From assembly GCA_026770705.1 (NCBI GenBank), contig JANJGN010000071.1, forward strand, positions 1,240,001-1,304,000: 64,000 bases of DNA, in the 5' to 3' direction. Below, piece by piece: positions 61,301 through 64,000 of the stretch; the stretch's first letter is position 1; every line of letters begins with the position of its first letter. Below the pieces are notes generated by a model. That model did not search any database. It saw nothing but the letters and a program-made list of their open reading frames with translations, and was not told the DNA's origin. This DNA comes from Isurus oxyrinchus. Lineage: Eukaryota. The position numbers were made by a program, and so were the translations under genes.

Positions 61301-64000
61301 AGATACAGAGAGATGATGCATGGAGTCTTGCTGTGCACTATGCTTGCTCACATTAAAATCTTTATTTATTTTTAGATGCTCCACAGAATCTCTCAATTAC
61401 TTCTCCAGATATGATTAACGCTTCATCGATCAATATAATTGAGGGGAATTCTGCAGTGATAATCTGCTCTGTCGAGAGCTTCCCAGCTTCTAACCTGACG
61501 TGGCGACATCTTAATGTCCCAATGAACAGAACAAGTTCCAACAATGAGCTGTGGTTGGTGATTCCTCACGTTACATCCAGGGACACTGGAGACTATCAGT
61601 GTGTGGCAGAGAATGAACATGGAGCAGTGGAGGGGTTCATAACCATCACTGTGGAATGTGAGTTANNNNNNNNNNNNNNNNNNNNNNNNNNNNNNNNNNN
61701 NNNNNNNNNNNNNNNNNNNNNNNNNNNNNNNNNNNNNNNNNNNNNNNNNNNNNNNNNNNNNNNNNNNNNNNNNNNNNNNNNNNNNNNNNNNNNNNNNNNN
61801 NNNNNNNNNNNNNNNNNNNNNNNNNNNNNNNNNNNNNTAAGTATACACAGACAGTCATACATGTACAAACACATACACAGGAAAATACACACCCATCTCA
61901 AACACACACACATATTCATGCCCACACATAGACACACACATACACGTACTCTCACTCATGTACAGACGTAGACACACAGACACGCGTGCATGCGCACACA
62001 CAGCTACATGTGTGCATACACACACAAACACACTCACATGTGCAGTAACACAAACACACACATACACACGCGAGAGTTCTCAGTGCTGCACTGGAGTCTC
62101 GGTATCAGCTCCGATTCTGTGTTGAAGGAAGGTAAACTCCGGATCAACAAGACCCTGAATTGGATGGAGCAACCTCCTGAACAGAGAATTGTAGATTTAC
62201 CCCTCAGTGCTCCCTCAATCAAACATTGCCTGTCAAGCCCTTTGCGAAATCCTGAGGATGTGAAAGCAAACTTCTTTCATTCTAGATGGGCAACACCTCT
62301 ACTGGTGGGAGAATGCAACTGCAGTGTGACAGTTTACATAAGCAGTGTCAATTATAAATGTGCCATAAGACCTTATCCTGAGGGAAGTTATCTGCAAATG
62401 CATTCGGACATCAGATACAGAGAGATGATGCATGGCGTCTTGTGCACTATGTTGCTCACTTTAAAATCTTTCCATATATTTAGATGCACCATTGAATCTC
62501 TCAATTAATTCTCTTGATATGATTAACGCTTCATCGATCAATATAATTGAGGGGAATTCTGCAGTGATAATCTGCTCTGTCGAGAGCTTCCCAGCTTCTA
62601 ACCTGACGTGGTGACATCTTAATGTCCAAATGAACAGAACAAGTTCCAACAATGAGCTGTGGTTGGTGATTCCTCACGTTACATCCAGGGACACTGGAGA
62701 CTATCAGTGTGTGGCAGAGAATGAACATGGAGCAGTAGAGGGGTTCATAACCATCACTGTGGAACGTGAGTTAACACAAGCTTCAACATTACTCTCACAT
62801 ATACACAGACACACTCATACACACTCATACACACGTGCACACAAACAAGCATTCATGTGCAATCCCACATGTGCACAGGTGTGCACGCCTGTATGCTCAC
62901 ACACAGAAGCATACATACAGAATCACACGTGTGCTTGCTCACACACACACAGACATGTGTGAGTTGTCTGTTCTCCCTGTGCTGCACTGGAGTGTTGCTC
63001 CAGATTCTGCTCTGAAACACTGACGACATCAGCTGAACAAGACCCTGTATTGGACGAGCAGCCCCCTGCACAGAGAATTGTAGGTTTATCACTCAATACC
63101 CCATTATTCTAAAGCAATTCCTCCACTGTCAAATCCCTGTGAACATCCTGATGATGTGAAAGACATTTTCTTTTCTTCTAGACCGACAGTGTCTCCTCTG
63201 GTAGATGGCTGTAATTACAGCGTGACAGTTTACATATCCACATGCAGCAAGAGCTGAATAACACTCAGCTTGGGCTGAGACAATTAATGCATCACAATTA
63301 CCAGGCAGTGATCATGTCCAACAAGAGAGAATCTAACCATCTCCCCTTGATGTTCAGTGAGTTTACTATCACTGAATCCCCCACAATCAACATCCTGGGG
63401 GATGTTAACCAAACTACTAACTGGACCGGCCATAAATACTGTGGCTACAGGAGCAGGTCAGAGGCTGGGAATTCTGTGGGTGTGAAAAACTCACCACCAC
63501 CTCCTCAAGGGCAATTAGGGATGGGTAATAAATGCTGGTCTAGATAGATACATCCACTTCCCATGAATGTGCAAAAAGAAAAACACCGGCAGTGACCATT
63601 ATAAAAGTTGACATAGGAACTTAAAACAGGAAAGAACTCTTGAAATGCACATAGACACCAAATAGAGAGAGATGTATCATGGAGTCTTGCTGTGCACTGT
63701 GTTTGCTGACAATGAAACCTTTATTTGTATTTAGATGCACCACGGAACCCATCAATTACTTCTCTTGATATGATTAACGCTTCATCGATCAATATAATTG
63801 AGGGAAATGCTGCAGTGATAATCTGCTCTGTCGAAAGCTTCCCAGCTTCTAACCTGACGTGGTGACATCTTAATGTCCCAATGAACAGAACAAGTTCCAA
63901 CAATGAGCTGTGGTTGGTGATTCCTCACGTTACATCCAGGGACACTGGAGACTATCAGTGTGCGGCAGAGAATGAACATGGAGCAGTGGAGGGATTTATA
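55329..64000 (+). CDS. Siglec-like gene C (incomplete at the window end): leader, V, C2, mini-exon and Ig1 intact; Ig2 and Ig3 carry nonsense codons
   Basis: Exons 55329-55368 (MIGKSYFLLSFLQ), 58832-59197, 60056-60352, 60605-60697, 61376-61657, 62484-62765 (TGA at 62612) and 63735->end (TGA at 63863). Confidence 0.8.
58832..59197 (+). CDS. Gene C Siglec V-set exon
   Basis: CAQIPC, GDCSL, YFFR; 366 nt. Confidence 0.92.
60056..60352 (+). CDS. Gene C C2-set exon, intact
   Basis: 297 nt, open frame. Confidence 0.9.
61376..61657 (+). CDS. Gene C Ig repeat exon 1, intact
   Basis: 282 nt, open frame. Confidence 0.9.

Larger units (their letters stand above)
49019..64000 (+). repeat. Segmental duplicate of ~1-14.6 kb (offset ~49 kb)
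   Basis: Collinear LTR, tail exon, LINE, promoter, leader, inverted repeat, V, C2, mini-exon and Ig exons at high identity. Confidence 0.95.

Overview
Eukaryotic genomic DNA, most likely a cartilaginous fish (inferred from the repeat content: 33-bp cagtactgagggagtgctgcactgtcagagggt minisatellite, CR1/L2-type LINE fragments, Penelope-like hairpins). The window is a rapidly rearranging cluster of Siglec-like (CD33/MAG/CD22-type) Ig receptor genes. Three plus-strand paralogues are present. Gene A (~5.8-14.6 kb) is frameshifted. Gene B (~21.2-26.4 kb) is apparently an intact 2-Ig activating-type receptor with an Arg in its transmembrane helix. Gene C runs from ~54.7 kb off the window end. A divergent MAG-like minus-strand pseudogene (D) is fused to a Gypsy gag. 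Several orphan cytoplasmic exons carry ITIM/ITSM/YxN motifs of two different tail types. Embedded in the cluster, and not resolved by the ORF track, is a complete three-exon hepcidin-family gene on the minus strand (38832-34306). It encodes an atypical 29-aa, 8-Cys mature peptide and has a TATA/BMP-RE/C/EBP-like promoter. Positions ~1-14.6 kb are duplicated at ~49-64 kb, and a ~2.3-kb piece of the hepcidin gene is duplicated in inverted orientation next to a Siglec tail exon. All exon calls were made by eye from splice sites and reading frame. Single-base frameshifts could be assembly errors.
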